Below, in pieces: positions 31,517 to 41,449 of a DNA stretch of 64,000 nucleotides. Within the stretch, counting starts at the first letter, position 1; the number at the start of each line of letters is the position of its first letter. The notes under the pieces are model-generated. The model did not search any database. It was not told where the DNA came from and saw only the letters and a list, made by a program, of their open reading frames with translations. Source of the DNA: Mycoavidus cysteinexigens. Its GTDB lineage: Bacteria > Pseudomonadota > Gammaproteobacteria > Burkholderiales > Burkholderiaceae. The stretch is taken from NCBI GenBank assembly GCA_031963405.1, contig JASSUJ010000001.1, positions 1,547,802-1,611,801 on the forward strand, in the 5' to 3' direction. A program made the position numbers and the translations under genes.

Positions 31517-31941
31517 TATGCCGGTAGCCCATAACATAACTCCCACAGCAATTTCTCGACCCGCCGCGCACCCAATTCAGTCATGGCAACAGCTAGCGGG
31601 GTTTGTCCCTCTAATAGGGCATGGGGTTTGTTAAGGAAGTCTCTGGCCTCCTCTTCTGAATCCCACACATACTGCGCTGTCGCGAAAACGCGTGCCAACC
31701 GTTCTGCTTTTCCTGACTCGTCTGGATTGAGCTTGGAGCGGCGTTTGAAGGTGGCTTCTGGAATGATGCTATAGAGCAATATCCGACAATCGGAAGGGTT
31801 GCGTGCTGCATGTTTGACACTGATCAATAGCGCAGATTTCGGCAGGCCAAGACGCACTCGTTCATCTAGCTCAGCAAATGTTTTTGGCAAAGGCATCAAG
31901 GCCATTACCGCAGCAATTTCTTCAGGGGATACGCTTACCAT
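31516..31941 (-). CDS. Xre/MbcA/ParS-like antitoxin (DUF2384 toxin-binding domain)
   Basis: 141 aa. The C-terminal region AQYVWDSEEEARDFLNKPHALLEGQTPLAVAMTELGARRVEKLLWELCYGL is typical of DUF2384 antitoxins paired with RES toxins. It lies directly upstream of, and is translationally coupled to, the RES ORF. Confidence 0.8.
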   Translation of the reverse strand: MVSVSPEEIAAVMALMPLPKTFAELDERVRLGLPKSALLISVKHAARNPSDCRILLYSIIPEATFKRRSKLNPDESGKAERLARVFATAQYVWDSEEEARDFLNKPHALLEGQTPLAVAMTELGARRVEKLLWELCYGLPA

Positions 31942-32042
31942 GGCTTTTCTCTGGTATCAAATGATGCTTAATTATATGTCATATGATACTTATTGTGCTT
32001 TGCCTTATATGCGCTTGAGCTAGGAGGTGCTGTCGATTACTA

Positions 32043-32196
32043 AGAACCTGTCTACAAATTGCCTAAAAGGCTGTGATTCGCGTTTTTTCAAATCCTGGGT
32101 GGTGCTCGGAATCCTCATGTACTAACGTACACTCCGGTTCCTGCGCTCCGGCCTCCCCCGACTGACAACCTTTTAGACAATTTTTAGACAGGCTCT
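32043..32196. repeat. MITE/REP-like palindromic element, family B (best-preserved copy)
   Basis: agaacctgtctacaaattgcctaaaaggctgtgattcgcg...ggtgctcggaatcctcatgtac...ctccggcctcccccgactgacaaccttttagacaatttttagacaggctct has clear terminal inverted repeats. Confidence 0.8.
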
Positions 32197-32380
32197 AAAA
32201 GAAAGACCTTCCTTAATTTTTGTCCTGCCTGGCTAAAGGTTAAGTTTTTCGCTAGCTCATCAAATGAGCTGAATGTTTTTATGTAACGTGGATAAATAAC
32301 AGAACTACATTAATGCCTGAGGTGAGAGTGGTTTGACAAGATATAATTTTATGGACTAATGAAAGACGTATGATTTATTT

Positions 32381-32511
32381 AGCGCCTGTTCAAATCCTCA
32401 AAAAGACGATTAGTAGTGGTGAGAGGTAATCATGTTGGAGTGAGGAAGAAACCTCAACGTGTAGACCACAAACTTCTATTTCTATTTTTCTGAGATTTTG
32501 AACAGGCGCTT
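32381..32511. repeat. Palindromic element, family E
   Basis: The termini are agcgcctgttcaaatcctcaaaaag ... tttttctgagattttgaacaggcgct (inverted). A terminal fragment gaacaggcgct also occurs at 47-57. Confidence 0.6.
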
Positions 32512-32549
32512 AGCGCACCAATCCAGCAACCGTATTTATCCACACTCGC

Positions 32550-34088
32550 ATGTCTGAACCCGATTACTTAAAGAAAATCCTTAACGCGCGCGTCTATGAC
32601 GTGGCGTGTGAAAGTGCGCTTGACTATGCGCCTAATTTGTCCGCGCGGCTTTCAAACGCTATTTATCTTAAGCGTGAAGACAGCCAACCGGTGTTCTCGT
32701 TCAAGCTGCGCGGTGCTTATAACAAGATGGTGCAGTTGTCGACAGCTGAATTGGCGCGAGGCGTGCTGGCTGCCTCTGCGGGTAATCATGCGCAAGGCGT
32801 GGCTTTGGCAGCGCAGCGACTGAATTGTCAGGCAGTAATTGTGATGCCCCTCACTACGCCACAGGTCAAGATTAATGCGGTGCGCGCGCGCGGTGGTGTA
32901 TCGGTTGAAGTGATTTTGGCGGGTGCTTCGTATAGCGATGCTTATGAGCATGCATTGCAGCTGCAGCATGAACGCGGTTTAACTTTTGTGCATCCGTTCG
33001 ATGACCCTGAGGTTATTGCAGGCCAAGGCACGGTGGCGATGGAAATACTGCGCCAACATCAAAAGCCGCTCGATGCGATTTTTGTCCCAATCGGTGGTGG
33101 TGGATTAATTGCCGGTGTCGCAGCCTACGTCAAGATGGTGCGGCCAAGCATTAAAGTGATTGGTGTGCAAACTGAAGATTCAGCCGCGATGGCGCAATCA
33201 CTCGCGCAGGGAAAACGTGTTGTGCTAACTGACGTGGGACTGTTTTCTGATGGGACAGCCGTTAAGTTAGTTGGTGAAGAAACTTTTCGTTTGTGTCGCG
33301 CTTATGTAGATGAAGTGATCTGTGTGAATACAGACGCAGTTTGCGCGGCTATTAAGGATGTTTTTGAAGACACCCGTAGCCTGCTTGAGCCAGCAGGTGC
33401 GCTTGCGGTAGCAGGGGCTAAAGCTTATGTGCAGCGTGAGGCTTTAACCGGCGCTAATTTGGTGGCAATTACGTCTGGCGCTAATCTGAATTTCGACCGC
33501 ATGCGCTTTGTAGCGGAACGCGCTGAGGTGGGGGAAGCACGTGAAGCCGTATATGCGGTGACGATTCCTGAAGAACGTGGCAGCTTCAAACATTTTTGCT
33601 CATTGATTGGCGCGCGCCATGTGACTGAGTTTAATTACCGCATCGCACAAGCAAAACAAGCGCACATTTTTGTTGGGATACAGATTAAAGATCGCAGTGA
33701 AAGCGAGGAGATCGCTGAGATTTTTAATCAGCATGGATTTGTTGCCCTTAATTTGACGCATGATGAGCTAGCTAAGCAGCATTTGCGGCATATGGTGGGC
33801 GGCCACTCACCGTTGGCGCGTGACGAATTACTCTACCGCTTTGAGTTTCCTGAATATCCAGGCATGTTGATGAACTTCCTGTCATCCATGGCGCCGCAAT
33901 GGAACATTAGTCTGTTTCATTATCGGAACCAAGGCGCAGACTATGGCAGCATTTTGGTCGGGTTTCAGGTGCCAGCAGCGGATATGGCTGCGTTTGAGCA
34001 ATTTCTCGTCGCGCTTAAATTACCTTATTGGAATGAAACAGCGCATCCCGCGTATAAGCTTTTCTTAGCTCAAGGAAGCGCTGAATAA
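32550..34088 (+). CDS. ilvA: Biosynthetic threonine ammonia-lyase (threonine dehydratase)
   Basis: 512 aa with the PLP lysine motif SFKLRGAYNKM, the GGGGLIAG loop and two C-terminal ACT-like regulatory domains. Confidence 0.95.
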   Translation: MSEPDYLKKILNARVYDVACESALDYAPNLSARLSNAIYLKREDSQPVFSFKLRGAYNKMVQLSTAELARGVLAASAGNHAQGVALAAQRLNCQAVIVMPLTTPQVKINAVRARGGVSVEVILAGASYSDAYEHALQLQHERGLTFVHPFDDPEVIAGQGTVAMEILRQHQKPLDAIFVPIGGGGLIAGVAAYVKMVRPSIKVIGVQTEDSAAMAQSLAQGKRVVLTDVGLFSDGTAVKLVGEETFRLCRAYVDEVICVNTDAVCAAIKDVFEDTRSLLEPAGALAVAGAKAYVQREALTGANLVAITSGANLNFDRMRFVAERAEVGEAREAVYAVTIPEERGSFKHFCSLIGARHVTEFNYRIAQAKQAHIFVGIQIKDRSESEEIAEIFNQHGFVALNLTHDELAKQHLRHMVGGHSPLARDELLYRFEFPEYPGMLMNFLSSMAPQWNISLFHYRNQGADYGSILVGFQVPAADMAAFEQFLVALKLPYWNETAHPAYKLFLAQGSAE

Positions 34089-34264
34089 AGCGTAAATGAG
34101 AAGTGCCGACACATACAGCACGCAGCGTGTTTTTCGTATGCTCTGGCACTTTCTCATCCCTCGCTTTGCCGTGCTACTGTATTGTCTGCTGCCAATCATT
34201 CGAGAAACCCGCTAGTCCAGTGAGGGCAGGCCCCTAACTAAGTCCAACTTTTTCATAGGCTAAG

Positions 34265-35089
34265 ATGACTCTCGCCCACTCCCCGCTTGGTAAAACTGTT
34301 GAGCCAAGTACCCACTATGATCCCACTTTGCTATTCCCCATCGAGCGGCAGCATGCGCGTGATGAAATCGGGGTGCCTACGCCTTTGCCTTTTTTAGGCG
34401 TGGATATTTGGAATGCCTATGAATTGTCATGGCTCGACTTGCGCGGTAAGCCGCATATCGCATTGGCGCAAGTCATGGTGCCGGCAGACTCGCCAAACTT
34501 AGTTGAATCAAAGTCGTTCAAACTTTATTTGGGTTCATTTGCACAGACTCAAATTGCCTCAAGCGAGGCGTTGCGCGAGACCATTCGCCAAGATTTATCT
34601 AAGCTATGCGGCGTTCAAGTCACGGTGACGCTCACTCTTCCTTACGAGTTCGGGCAGTTGCAAGTGCAAGAGCTGGATGGATTATTACTGGACCGGCTTG
34701 AGCTTGATGCGGATGTGTACCACCCTTCAACAGCTCTGCTTAAAGCAGACCTCGAAGCGGCGCCTATCGAGGAAACGCTGGTTTCCAATTTACTCAAATC
34801 AAACTGCCCGGTAACTGGCCAGCCAGATTGGGGGAGTGTGCAGATTCGTTATGTAGGGCCACCGATTGAGCATGCTGGGTTATTGCGTTATCTCATCTCG
34901 TATCGTCTGCATACCGGATTTCATGAGCAGTGTGTTGAGCGTATCTTTATGGACATTTCGCGTATTTGCCGACCGCTTAAGTTAGCAGTCTATGCGCGTT
35001 ATACGCGCCGAGGCGGGTTGGATATCAACCCGTTTAGAGCGAACTTTAACGTATCACCGCCAGATAATTTACGTACTGCTCGACAATAA
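34265..35089 (+). CDS. queF: NADPH-dependent 7-cyano-7-deazaguanine reductase (two-domain type)
   Basis: 274 aa with [12 protein letters not shown] and the catalytic Cys region [19 protein letters not shown]...[15 protein letters not shown]. Confidence 0.9.
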   Translation: MTLAHSPLGKTVEPSTHYDPTLLFPIERQHARDEIGVPTPLPFLGVDIWNAYELSWLDLRGKPHIALAQVMVPADSPNLVESKSFKLYLGSFAQTQIASSEALRETIRQDLSKLCGVQVTVTLTLPYEFGQLQVQELDGLLLDRLELDADVYHPSTALLKADLEAAPIEETLVSNLLKSNCPVTGQPDWGSVQIRYVGPPIEHAGLLRYLISYRLHTGFHEQCVERIFMDISRICRPLKLAVYARYTRRGGLDINPFRANFNVSPPDNLRTARQ

Positions 35090-35192
35090 AGGAAATGCTG
35101 GATAAATCGTGAGTCAGGAAGGTTGATGCAGGCAGTACAAATGCACGGCAATTTGGCTTGGCACTGTTCTCGGTTGATTCAGTGCTTCCTAC
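35089..35192. repeat. Short palindromic element, family C
   Basis: aaggaaatgctggataaatcgtgag ... ggttgattcagtgcttcct starts at the last base of the queF stop codon (35087-35089). Confidence 0.5.
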
Positions 35193-35217
35193 ATCGGCAT
35201 CGTAGGGAGCATATTGG

Positions 35218-36504
35218 ATGCAAAGTAAGACCTATCAGAAACGCCCACTTGACCCGTTGGGTAAAGGGTTGGGCGTTTTATCCCAGCACGCGCAGGAAGG
35301 ACAAGATAAGGCGAACGTCTATCGCAGTTGGAACTTATTAAAAGAAGACATTAGTCTGCCCACGGCGGTGCTGTATGAGCGACGGCTTGAGCACAACCTG
35401 CAATGGATGCAGCACTTTGTTACTGAATATGGTGCCAAACTTGCGCCGCACGGTAAGACCACAATGGCACCCCAACTGTTTCATCGGCAACTTCAAACGG
35501 GTGCCTGGGCTATTACGCTGGCTAATGCGATTCAAGTGCAAGTCGCTTATCACTGTGGTGTGCGGCGTGTGCTGATGGCCAATCAGCTGATAGGTCGGCG
35601 TGATATGGAAATTATCGCGAGCCTTTTGAAAGATCCGGAATTTGAATTTTTTTGCCTGATTGATTCAGTTGAAGGCGTTGATCAGCTGGGACAATTTTTT
35701 CATGCAGCTGGCCTCTCGGTGCAGGTGCTGTTGGAAATGGGCGTGACGGGTGGGCGTACAGGCGTGCGTACGATGGCGCAGCGCGATGCCGTACTCGCTG
35801 CGCTAGCGCGCTGGCCCGATACGTTAAAGTTAGCCGGGATTGAGTTGTACGAAGGCGTATTGTCCGAAGAACATGCCGTGCGGTCGTTTTTGCGCAAAGC
35901 CGTGGAATGGGTTCATTTATTTGCCCGCGACAAGCGCTTTGGGCGTGAGACAGTGGTGCTATCCAGCTCAGGTTCAATTTGGTATGACGTGGGCGCAGAG
36001 GAATTCTCCAAAGCTTCGGTACAAGGCTTAGCCATTGATATAGTCTTGCGCCCGGGTTGTTATTTAACCCAAGATGGCGGCTTTTATAAAAAAGCACACG
36101 AACGTATTTTGGCCCGTAATCCCATCGCGCAGCGTATGGGAGAGGGATTATTGCCGGCGCTGCAAGTTTGGGCCTATGTGCTATCAGTACCCGAGCCGAA
36201 CCGAGCCATTATTGGCCTAGGCAAGCGTGATGCTGCATTTGATGCCGGCTACCCTATACCCGCCAAGCATTACCGCCCTGGCACGCCTGCCCCGGTGGAA
36301 ATTACTCCGGATTATGGTTGGGAAATATCTAAGATGATGGATCACCACGCCTACCTGAACATCCAAACTGAGGACGATTTGCGCGTGGGCGATATGGTGG
36401 CGTTTGACATCTCTCATCCTTGCTTAACTTTCGATAAATGGAAGCAACTGCTGGTAGTGGATGATAATTACCAAGTCGTCGATTGGATTGAAACTTACTT
36501 TTAA
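35218..36504 (+). CDS. PLP-dependent D-serine deaminase-like / D-threonine aldolase-like protein (alanine racemase N-terminal fold)
   Basis: 428 aa with LAPHGKTTMAP (PLP-Lys context) near the N-terminus and a C-terminal D-serine-dehydratase-like segment (MVAFDISHPCLTFDKW). The exact substrate cannot be assigned. Confidence 0.7.
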   Translation: MQSKTYQKRPLDPLGKGLGVLSQHAQEGQDKANVYRSWNLLKEDISLPTAVLYERRLEHNLQWMQHFVTEYGAKLAPHGKTTMAPQLFHRQLQTGAWAITLANAIQVQVAYHCGVRRVLMANQLIGRRDMEIIASLLKDPEFEFFCLIDSVEGVDQLGQFFHAAGLSVQVLLEMGVTGGRTGVRTMAQRDAVLAALARWPDTLKLAGIELYEGVLSEEHAVRSFLRKAVEWVHLFARDKRFGRETVVLSSSGSIWYDVGAEEFSKASVQGLAIDIVLRPGCYLTQDGGFYKKAHERILARNPIAQRMGEGLLPALQVWAYVLSVPEPNRAIIGLGKRDAAFDAGYPIPAKHYRPGTPAPVEITPDYGWEISKMMDHHAYLNIQTEDDLRVGDMVAFDISHPCLTFDKWKQLLVVDDNYQVVDWIETYF

Positions 36505-36625
36505 GAGCCTGTCTACAAATCGCCTAAAAGCCCGTGCTCTCGTGTGCCGTGAAAAATCTTAGTTAGGTAGGCTTTCCTTGGCCTTGCCTGATTAACTATT
36601 AACTGTCTTCTTCAATTGTCAAACT

Positions 36626-37438
36626 ATGTCTTTCATCCAATCTCTTACAGACGCGTGGCAGCGCACGAATTCTTTACTGTGTGTAGGCCTTGACCCTGAA
36701 CCGTCACGCTTTCCTGCCCAGTTTGCGGGACGCCCCGACGCAATTTTTGAATTCTGTCGTGCCATCGTCGATGCAACAGCACCTTATGCGTGCTCGTTTA
36801 AACCGCAAATTGCTTACTTTGCTGCGCATCGTGCAGAAGAGTCACTGGAGAGAGTGATTGCTTATATTCATGAGCAGCACCCAGATTTGCCTGTGATTCT
36901 TGACGCCAAACGGGGTGACATTGGTAGCACGGCGCAACAATATGCACACGAAGCATTTGAGCGTTACCAAGCTGACGCAGTAACGGTGAATCCGTATTTA
37001 GGGTTTGATTCGCTAGAACCTTATCTCGCCTATGCTGATAAAGGGGTAATCGTGCTGTGCCGCACATCGAATCCAGGTGGTTCTGATTTGCAATTTTTGC
37101 CAGTGGGTGAGCAGCTGCTTTATCAAAAAGTGGCGCAGCTTGCAGCACAGAAGTGGAATACCAATGGCCAGCTTGGCCTTGTGGTTGGCGCTACCTTCCC
37201 ACAAGAAATTGCCAGCGTGCGTGCGCTAGTGGGCGATATGCTTTTATTAATTCCTGGCATTGGTGCACAAGGCGGCGACGTTGCTGCCACCGTACAAGCT
37301 GGACGCACGGCAGCTGGCTCAGGCATGCTGATCAACTCATCCCGCGCCATCATTTACGCAAGCCAAGCAGAAGACTTCGCCACCGCCGCAGCCCGTGCTG
37401 CACAGCAAATGCGGGATGCGATTAATCAGTATCGGTAA
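36626..37438 (+). CDS. pyrF: Orotidine 5'-phosphate decarboxylase (type 2)
   Basis: 270 aa with [28 protein letters not shown] and the PGIGAQGGD loop. Confidence 0.9.
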   Translation: MSFIQSLTDAWQRTNSLLCVGLDPEPSRFPAQFAGRPDAIFEFCRAIVDATAPYACSFKPQIAYFAAHRAEESLERVIAYIHEQHPDLPVILDAKRGDIGSTAQQYAHEAFERYQADAVTVNPYLGFDSLEPYLAYADKGVIVLCRTSNPGGSDLQFLPVGEQLLYQKVAQLAAQKWNTNGQLGLVVGATFPQEIASVRALVGDMLLLIPGIGAQGGDVAATVQAGRTAAGSGMLINSSRAIIYASQAEDFATAAARAAQQMRDAINQYR

Positions 37439-37625
37439 ATCATACTTTTGGGCATTGACCCAGCAGATAGCGGGCTATTCCTCATGCTACAGTTGACTTA
37501 TTCTTATCGGCTATTTGTCGTTAAATTGATGGTTAATGTCATTAAAAGGACCTAATTTCTCGATAGAGACAATGTTTTATAGGCAGCCTTGACAAGCCCT
37601 TTCAATGCAATTTTTATAAGAAAGC

Positions 37626-38330
37626 TTACCGGGGCCGGGATCGGCTTCTCTTTACTGTATGGGAAATTTCTTGAGAAGCTTGCTGCGGCGCTAAAGGTGC
37701 AGAGGGGCGGCGCGTGCGAGACTGACTTATGTCTAGCTGTTGCGGACGCTCAACTGACACTGAAGAGTATGAATTTTCCGTAGCGTAAGCAGTGTTGCGC
37801 TGAGACTGCGATGTCAACGAGGTTTGCGTAGCAGGGTCTGCTTCTTTCGCGCGTGCTTGATCATAAACAGAATAAGTCTCTCCTAGCGCTATTGCAGGCG
37901 TAGCAGCTTGCGATTGATGAGCATAAGGCGAAGCCTCATGTTTTGCCTGGGACTGCGCCGGGGGTGTCAAAACGTTTGGATATGACTGCGCAGATTGAGT
38001 GTAAGGATGAGGTGACCCACTCCCTGGCAGCGCGTGGGGTGGTGATGCTTCTTCGTAAGTAGGAGGGGAAGTTTCGAAAGCTGACCTCCCTAACGGGTCA
38101 TCTCTAACCTGAGAATGTGCAGCTTCGGCAGTTTGCTCACTTGAGGGTAACGGTGCGCTATTTTTGCCTTTAAGGAGTCTCAGCATGTTAGAGAGTCTCT
38201 GCTGAATACCAGCCTGCGGTTTTTTTTCAGTTTTCTCTGTAGTGGTGGAAGCTGCACTAGAAGTGTTACTACCGCTATTGCTTTTCTCTACCGGCCTCAT
38301 CACCCTTCTCCTTTTATTCTTTAGCTTCAT
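37626..38330 (-). CDS. Low-complexity Ser/Pro/Gln/Ala-rich orphan protein with a PPxY motif
   Basis: The 234-aa ORF looks disordered throughout. PPTY is at aa 89-92 (nt 38055-38066). The start is either MKLKNKRRRV or MRPVEKSNSGSNTSS (ATG at 38300). A one-mismatch PIP-like box lies at 38396-38419. Coding status is less certain because of the low-complexity composition. Confidence 0.5.
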   Translation of the reverse strand: MKLKNKRRRVMRPVEKSNSGSNTSSAASTTTEKTEKKPQAGIQQRLSNMLRLLKGKNSAPLPSSEQTAEAAHSQVRDDPLGRSAFETSPPTYEEASPPHALPGSGSPHPYTQSAQSYPNVLTPPAQSQAKHEASPYAHQSQAATPAIALGETYSVYDQARAKEADPATQTSLTSQSQRNTAYATENSYSSVSVERPQQLDISQSRTRRPSAPLAPQQASQEISHTVKRSRSRPR

Positions 38331-38559
38331 AGATGTAATTTCTACATATATATGCTCACTATAAGAAGTAGTGGTATATGGCTATCTCAAGACTCAGAAA
38401 AGAAGTAAAGCAAAGCGAAATAGGGCAAGTGTGCAGCTCTGTCCCCCTGTCCTTTTAAGATCGCAGAATAGCTTTTTACTGGAGGGAGTCTCTCATTGAT
38501 ACAAAAGTGCGCTTGCATCGAAAATTCGGTGCAGCTGAGTAATTAATATGTATTGAAAA

Positions 38560-39426
38560 TTACTTATCAGCAGGCTGCATTAGCTTTTCTCTTAATGCTT
38601 TTAATACTGATCCGCTTTCGGGGTGCACGCCGTGCCAGACAAAGAATGATTCAGCAGCTTGTTCGACGAGCATGCCGAGTCCGTCGGTGGTGTGGGCTTG
38701 GTGAGCGCTAGCGTGCTGCATAAAGGCGGTAGGTTGCCCGCTATACATGAGATCGTAGGCGAGGGTGTGGCGTGTGAGTGCGGTGGTGTCAAATTCGGGT
38801 AGCGCGCCATTGAGGCTGCTGGCGGTAGCGTTGATGATGAGGTCAAACGGGCCGCGTGCGATTTCACTGCCGCCACCTATTAAGCGACAGCCTGTGCTGA
38901 GCGCAGCGGCTGCAAAATGATCTGCAAGCTCAGCAGCACGTGCAGCGGTACGGTTGGTAATAACAATTTCAGCAGGCTGCGTCTCAAGCAGCGGTAATAG
39001 GATGCCTCGCGCAGCGCCCCCGGCGCCTAATAGCAGAATACGAGATTGGGTAAGTGTGAAACCAAGGTTATGCACCAGATCACGCACTAAACCGATACCG
39101 TCGGTATTGTCGCCATATAGAAATTCGCCTTCTACACGCAAGGTGTTCACTGAGCCTGCTGCTGCAGCACGCTCAGACAGGGTGTCAGCTAGTGCATGAG
39201 CTTCTAATTTGAAAGGCGTCGTAACGTTAAGGCCACGCCCGCCATGCGCGATAAAGTCACGCACTGTCTTGGTAAAGCTACCAAGTGGCGCCAGTAAGCG
39301 CGTGTACTCGATAGGCTCGTGCGTTTGGCTGGCAAAAAGGCTATGGATAAAAGGCGATTGGCTATGCTCCACTGGGTTGCCAATCACTGCATAGGAATGC
39401 CGACCTAAGTCAGATGGCGGTGTCAT
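38560..39426 (-). CDS. aroE: Shikimate dehydrogenase
   Basis: YAVIGNPVEHSQSPFIH, the NVTTPFK motif and the LLGAGGAARG NADP loop are present. I chose the ATG at 39426. An alternative ATG at 39459 overlaps the upstream gene by 8 nt. Confidence 0.9.
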   Translation of the reverse strand: MTPPSDLGRHSYAVIGNPVEHSQSPFIHSLFASQTHEPIEYTRLLAPLGSFTKTVRDFIAHGGRGLNVTTPFKLEAHALADTLSERAAAAGSVNTLRVEGEFLYGDNTDGIGLVRDLVHNLGFTLTQSRILLLGAGGAARGILLPLLETQPAEIVITNRTAARAAELADHFAAAALSTGCRLIGGGSEIARGPFDLIINATASSLNGALPEFDTTALTRHTLAYDLMYSGQPTAFMQHASAHQAHTTDGLGMLVEQAAESFFVWHGVHPESGSVLKALREKLMQPADK

Positions 39427-39451
39427 GCAGACCTTCTCATCGTGTTCGATT

Positions 39452-41449
39452 TTAGGCATTTGTGCTTGTCGTCTCTTCGCTACACTCAGTCTTTTCCTCA
39501 GCAGCTAACTCGGGCACCGATTCAGCAGGCGGTGTTTCAGCAGTCTCAGTCGTATTCAATACTTGTACGAGGCGGCACGAGAGATCCAGAATCAATTCAT
39601 CAGTACTCAGAATATCTAGCAACAACTTAGTACCGTTTGCTTGAATGCCCAGGCCAGGTACGTTAAGCGAGAGGGGAATCTCGTCAAGTCGTACCAAGTC
39701 ACCTTTTATGACTGAAGCGACAACGCGTTCACGTTTTTCCTGCCGCAACCAACGCAAACACCAGAAGCGTTCCATCTTTCTTTGATGGTCGTTATACGCT
39801 GCGTAAGTGTCGGTGAAGCTTTGCGCTATCGTATACAGCGCTGCATCTTTGGGCTTAAAGGGCGAGGTTAATTTGGCAGCGACGCCATCTTGTATGCAGG
39901 AGATCAACTGCCATTGGTTGACCAAATCGATGTAGCGGCGCAGCGGTGATGTGCTCCACGCATATTGCGCTACCCCTAAGCCTTCATGCGGGGCAGGCGT
40001 AAGCTGCATGCGCGTGCGGTTGGCGCCAAATGAGCGCTGTGTGCGATAAATGCCGGGTACGCCATGCTCAGCAAGTAATCCGCCCCAGGTGCTGTTCGCC
40101 AAAATGGCAAGTTCAGCGACAATTAAGCCAATGGGCGAATGGCGTGGACGGGGTAGGATGGTGACGTGTTCGTTATCGATATAAAAACTAAACTCAGCAT
40201 ATTGCTGGGTTTCTCGTCTTAGCCCGTAACCAATGCGTGCTTCCTGCCGCTTTTCATAGAGTGCTTGCGCAAATGGCCAGAGCACGGCGATTTCATCTTT
40301 GTACGGATAGTCGCCGCTGCCTGCCGCAAGTGCTTCTTCGGTAACTTTGTCATCCAGTTGGTGGTAACGCAGATTATGCGCAATAAAAACGCTTTCTACG
40401 CGGCTCTCGCTCGCCACAATTTGTTGCGAGGTGGTGTCAATAATGACGTACAGCGAGAGGGCGGGCCGGTTGCCCCCTTCTTGGAGTGTAAATACGTCAA
40501 CGACAGCGTCGGGCAGCATGGTAATTTTCTCGCCCGGCATATACACCGTAGATAAGCGATCTCGTGCGAGAACATCGACAGGATCGTCGCATTTAATCCC
40601 AAGCGCTGGAGCGGCGATATGAATGCCAATCCGTAGCAGCCCATCTGCAAGGCGTTGTACCGAGAATGCGTCGTCAATTTCAGTCGTCGTGACATCATCA
40701 ATCGAAAACGCTTGCACGTCGGCGGTAGGCAGCTTATCTAATTGCGCATTAGCTAAATTTAATTTGGCGCTTGCTGGCCAAACCACGCCGCGCGGAAAGA
40801 ATTCAGCCAGAAAACGTGCCTCATGCAAGGCGCGTGGTGAGGCGATACCGCCGCAATCAAGCATTAACTGGGCGTGCGATTTGCCGAGCGCAGCAGAGGC
40901 AGCATCGAGCGCCTTATATTCAAGCGTGCTTTTGTCAGGCTGAGTTAATAAGGTGAGTGCTTTATCTTTGAGGGCATCGGGCAAGCGTAAATTTTTTAAT
41001 TCTGCTTCATAGCCCGCCTGAATTTCGGCTTGCTGCCGGCGGCGCTCAAGGGCTACGAGCGCGGCTTTTAATTGTTCTGCTGGAGCGCGCTGATAATTGC
41101 CCCGTCCTTTGCGGCGAAAATAGGCAGGCGCACCGTGTAGCTTCAGCGCGAGCGCAGCACGCTCAGCGGGTGCGGCGCTTGCGCCAAAGTATTCGTTGGC
41201 CAGTGCGAGAAAGTGAAACTCTTCTTCAGGCGCGCATTCCCACAAAAAATCAGGATCAATTTGCTGTGCGCATTCATTGGCTGTATGTACCCAATCCGTC
41301 AGTGAAGGCGTCTCAAACTCAATCAAAATTTCTTTTGCTTTAACTTTCGCCCGTCTGCCACCTGGCAATTCGACTTGCAATGCTTCACCTTGGCGCGACA
41401 AGATAGTGCCGGCTTTAAAGCTTCCTGATTCTTCAAAAAAAATATTCAC
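39452..41449 (-). CDS. RNB-domain exoribonuclease (RNase II/R family)
   Basis: About 665 aa with an RNB catalytic-core motif (FSIDDVTTTEIDDAFS) and ...TSPLRRYIDLVNQWQL. The GTG at 41449 (VNIFFEESGSFKAG) overlaps the yqiA-like stop as GTGA. Confidence 0.85.
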   Translation of the reverse strand: MNIFFEESGSFKAGTILSRQGEALQVELPGGRRAKVKAKEILIEFETPSLTDWVHTANECAQQIDPDFLWECAPEEEFHFLALANEYFGASAAPAERAALALKLHGAPAYFRRKGRGNYQRAPAEQLKAALVALERRRQQAEIQAGYEAELKNLRLPDALKDKALTLLTQPDKSTLEYKALDAASAALGKSHAQLMLDCGGIASPRALHEARFLAEFFPRGVVWPASAKLNLANAQLDKLPTADVQAFSIDDVTTTEIDDAFSVQRLADGLLRIGIHIAAPALGIKCDDPVDVLARDRLSTVYMPGEKITMLPDAVVDVFTLQEGGNRPALSLYVIIDTTSQQIVASESRVESVFIAHNLRYHQLDDKVTEEALAAGSGDYPYKDEIAVLWPFAQALYEKRQEARIGYGLRRETQQYAEFSFYIDNEHVTILPRPRHSPIGLIVAELAILANSTWGGLLAEHGVPGIYRTQRSFGANRTRMQLTPAPHEGLGVAQYAWSTSPLRRYIDLVNQWQLISCIQDGVAAKLTSPFKPKDAALYTIAQSFTDTYAAYNDHQRKMERFWCLRWLRQEKRERVVASVIKGDLVRLDEIPLSLNVPGLGIQANGTKLLLDILSTDELILDLSCRLVQVLNTTETAETPPAESVPELAAEEKTECSEETTSTNA

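Noticed and set aside
32536-32544. A perfect DnaA box (TTATCCACA) 5 bp upstream of the ilvA start codon.
   Set aside because: It is a single isolated box overlapping the ribosome-binding region, with no partner boxes or AT-rich unwinding element. It is most likely coincidental. I noted it only because of the box cluster at 55.5-55.7 kb.
34089-34264. Possible preQ1 riboswitch upstream of queF (cccgctagtccagtgagggcaggcccctaactaag).
   Set aside because: It resembles the preQ1-I aptamer only superficially (short CCC/GGG stem, CUA...CUAA). It lacks the A-rich tail and the conserved loop sequence. This is too weak to call by eye.
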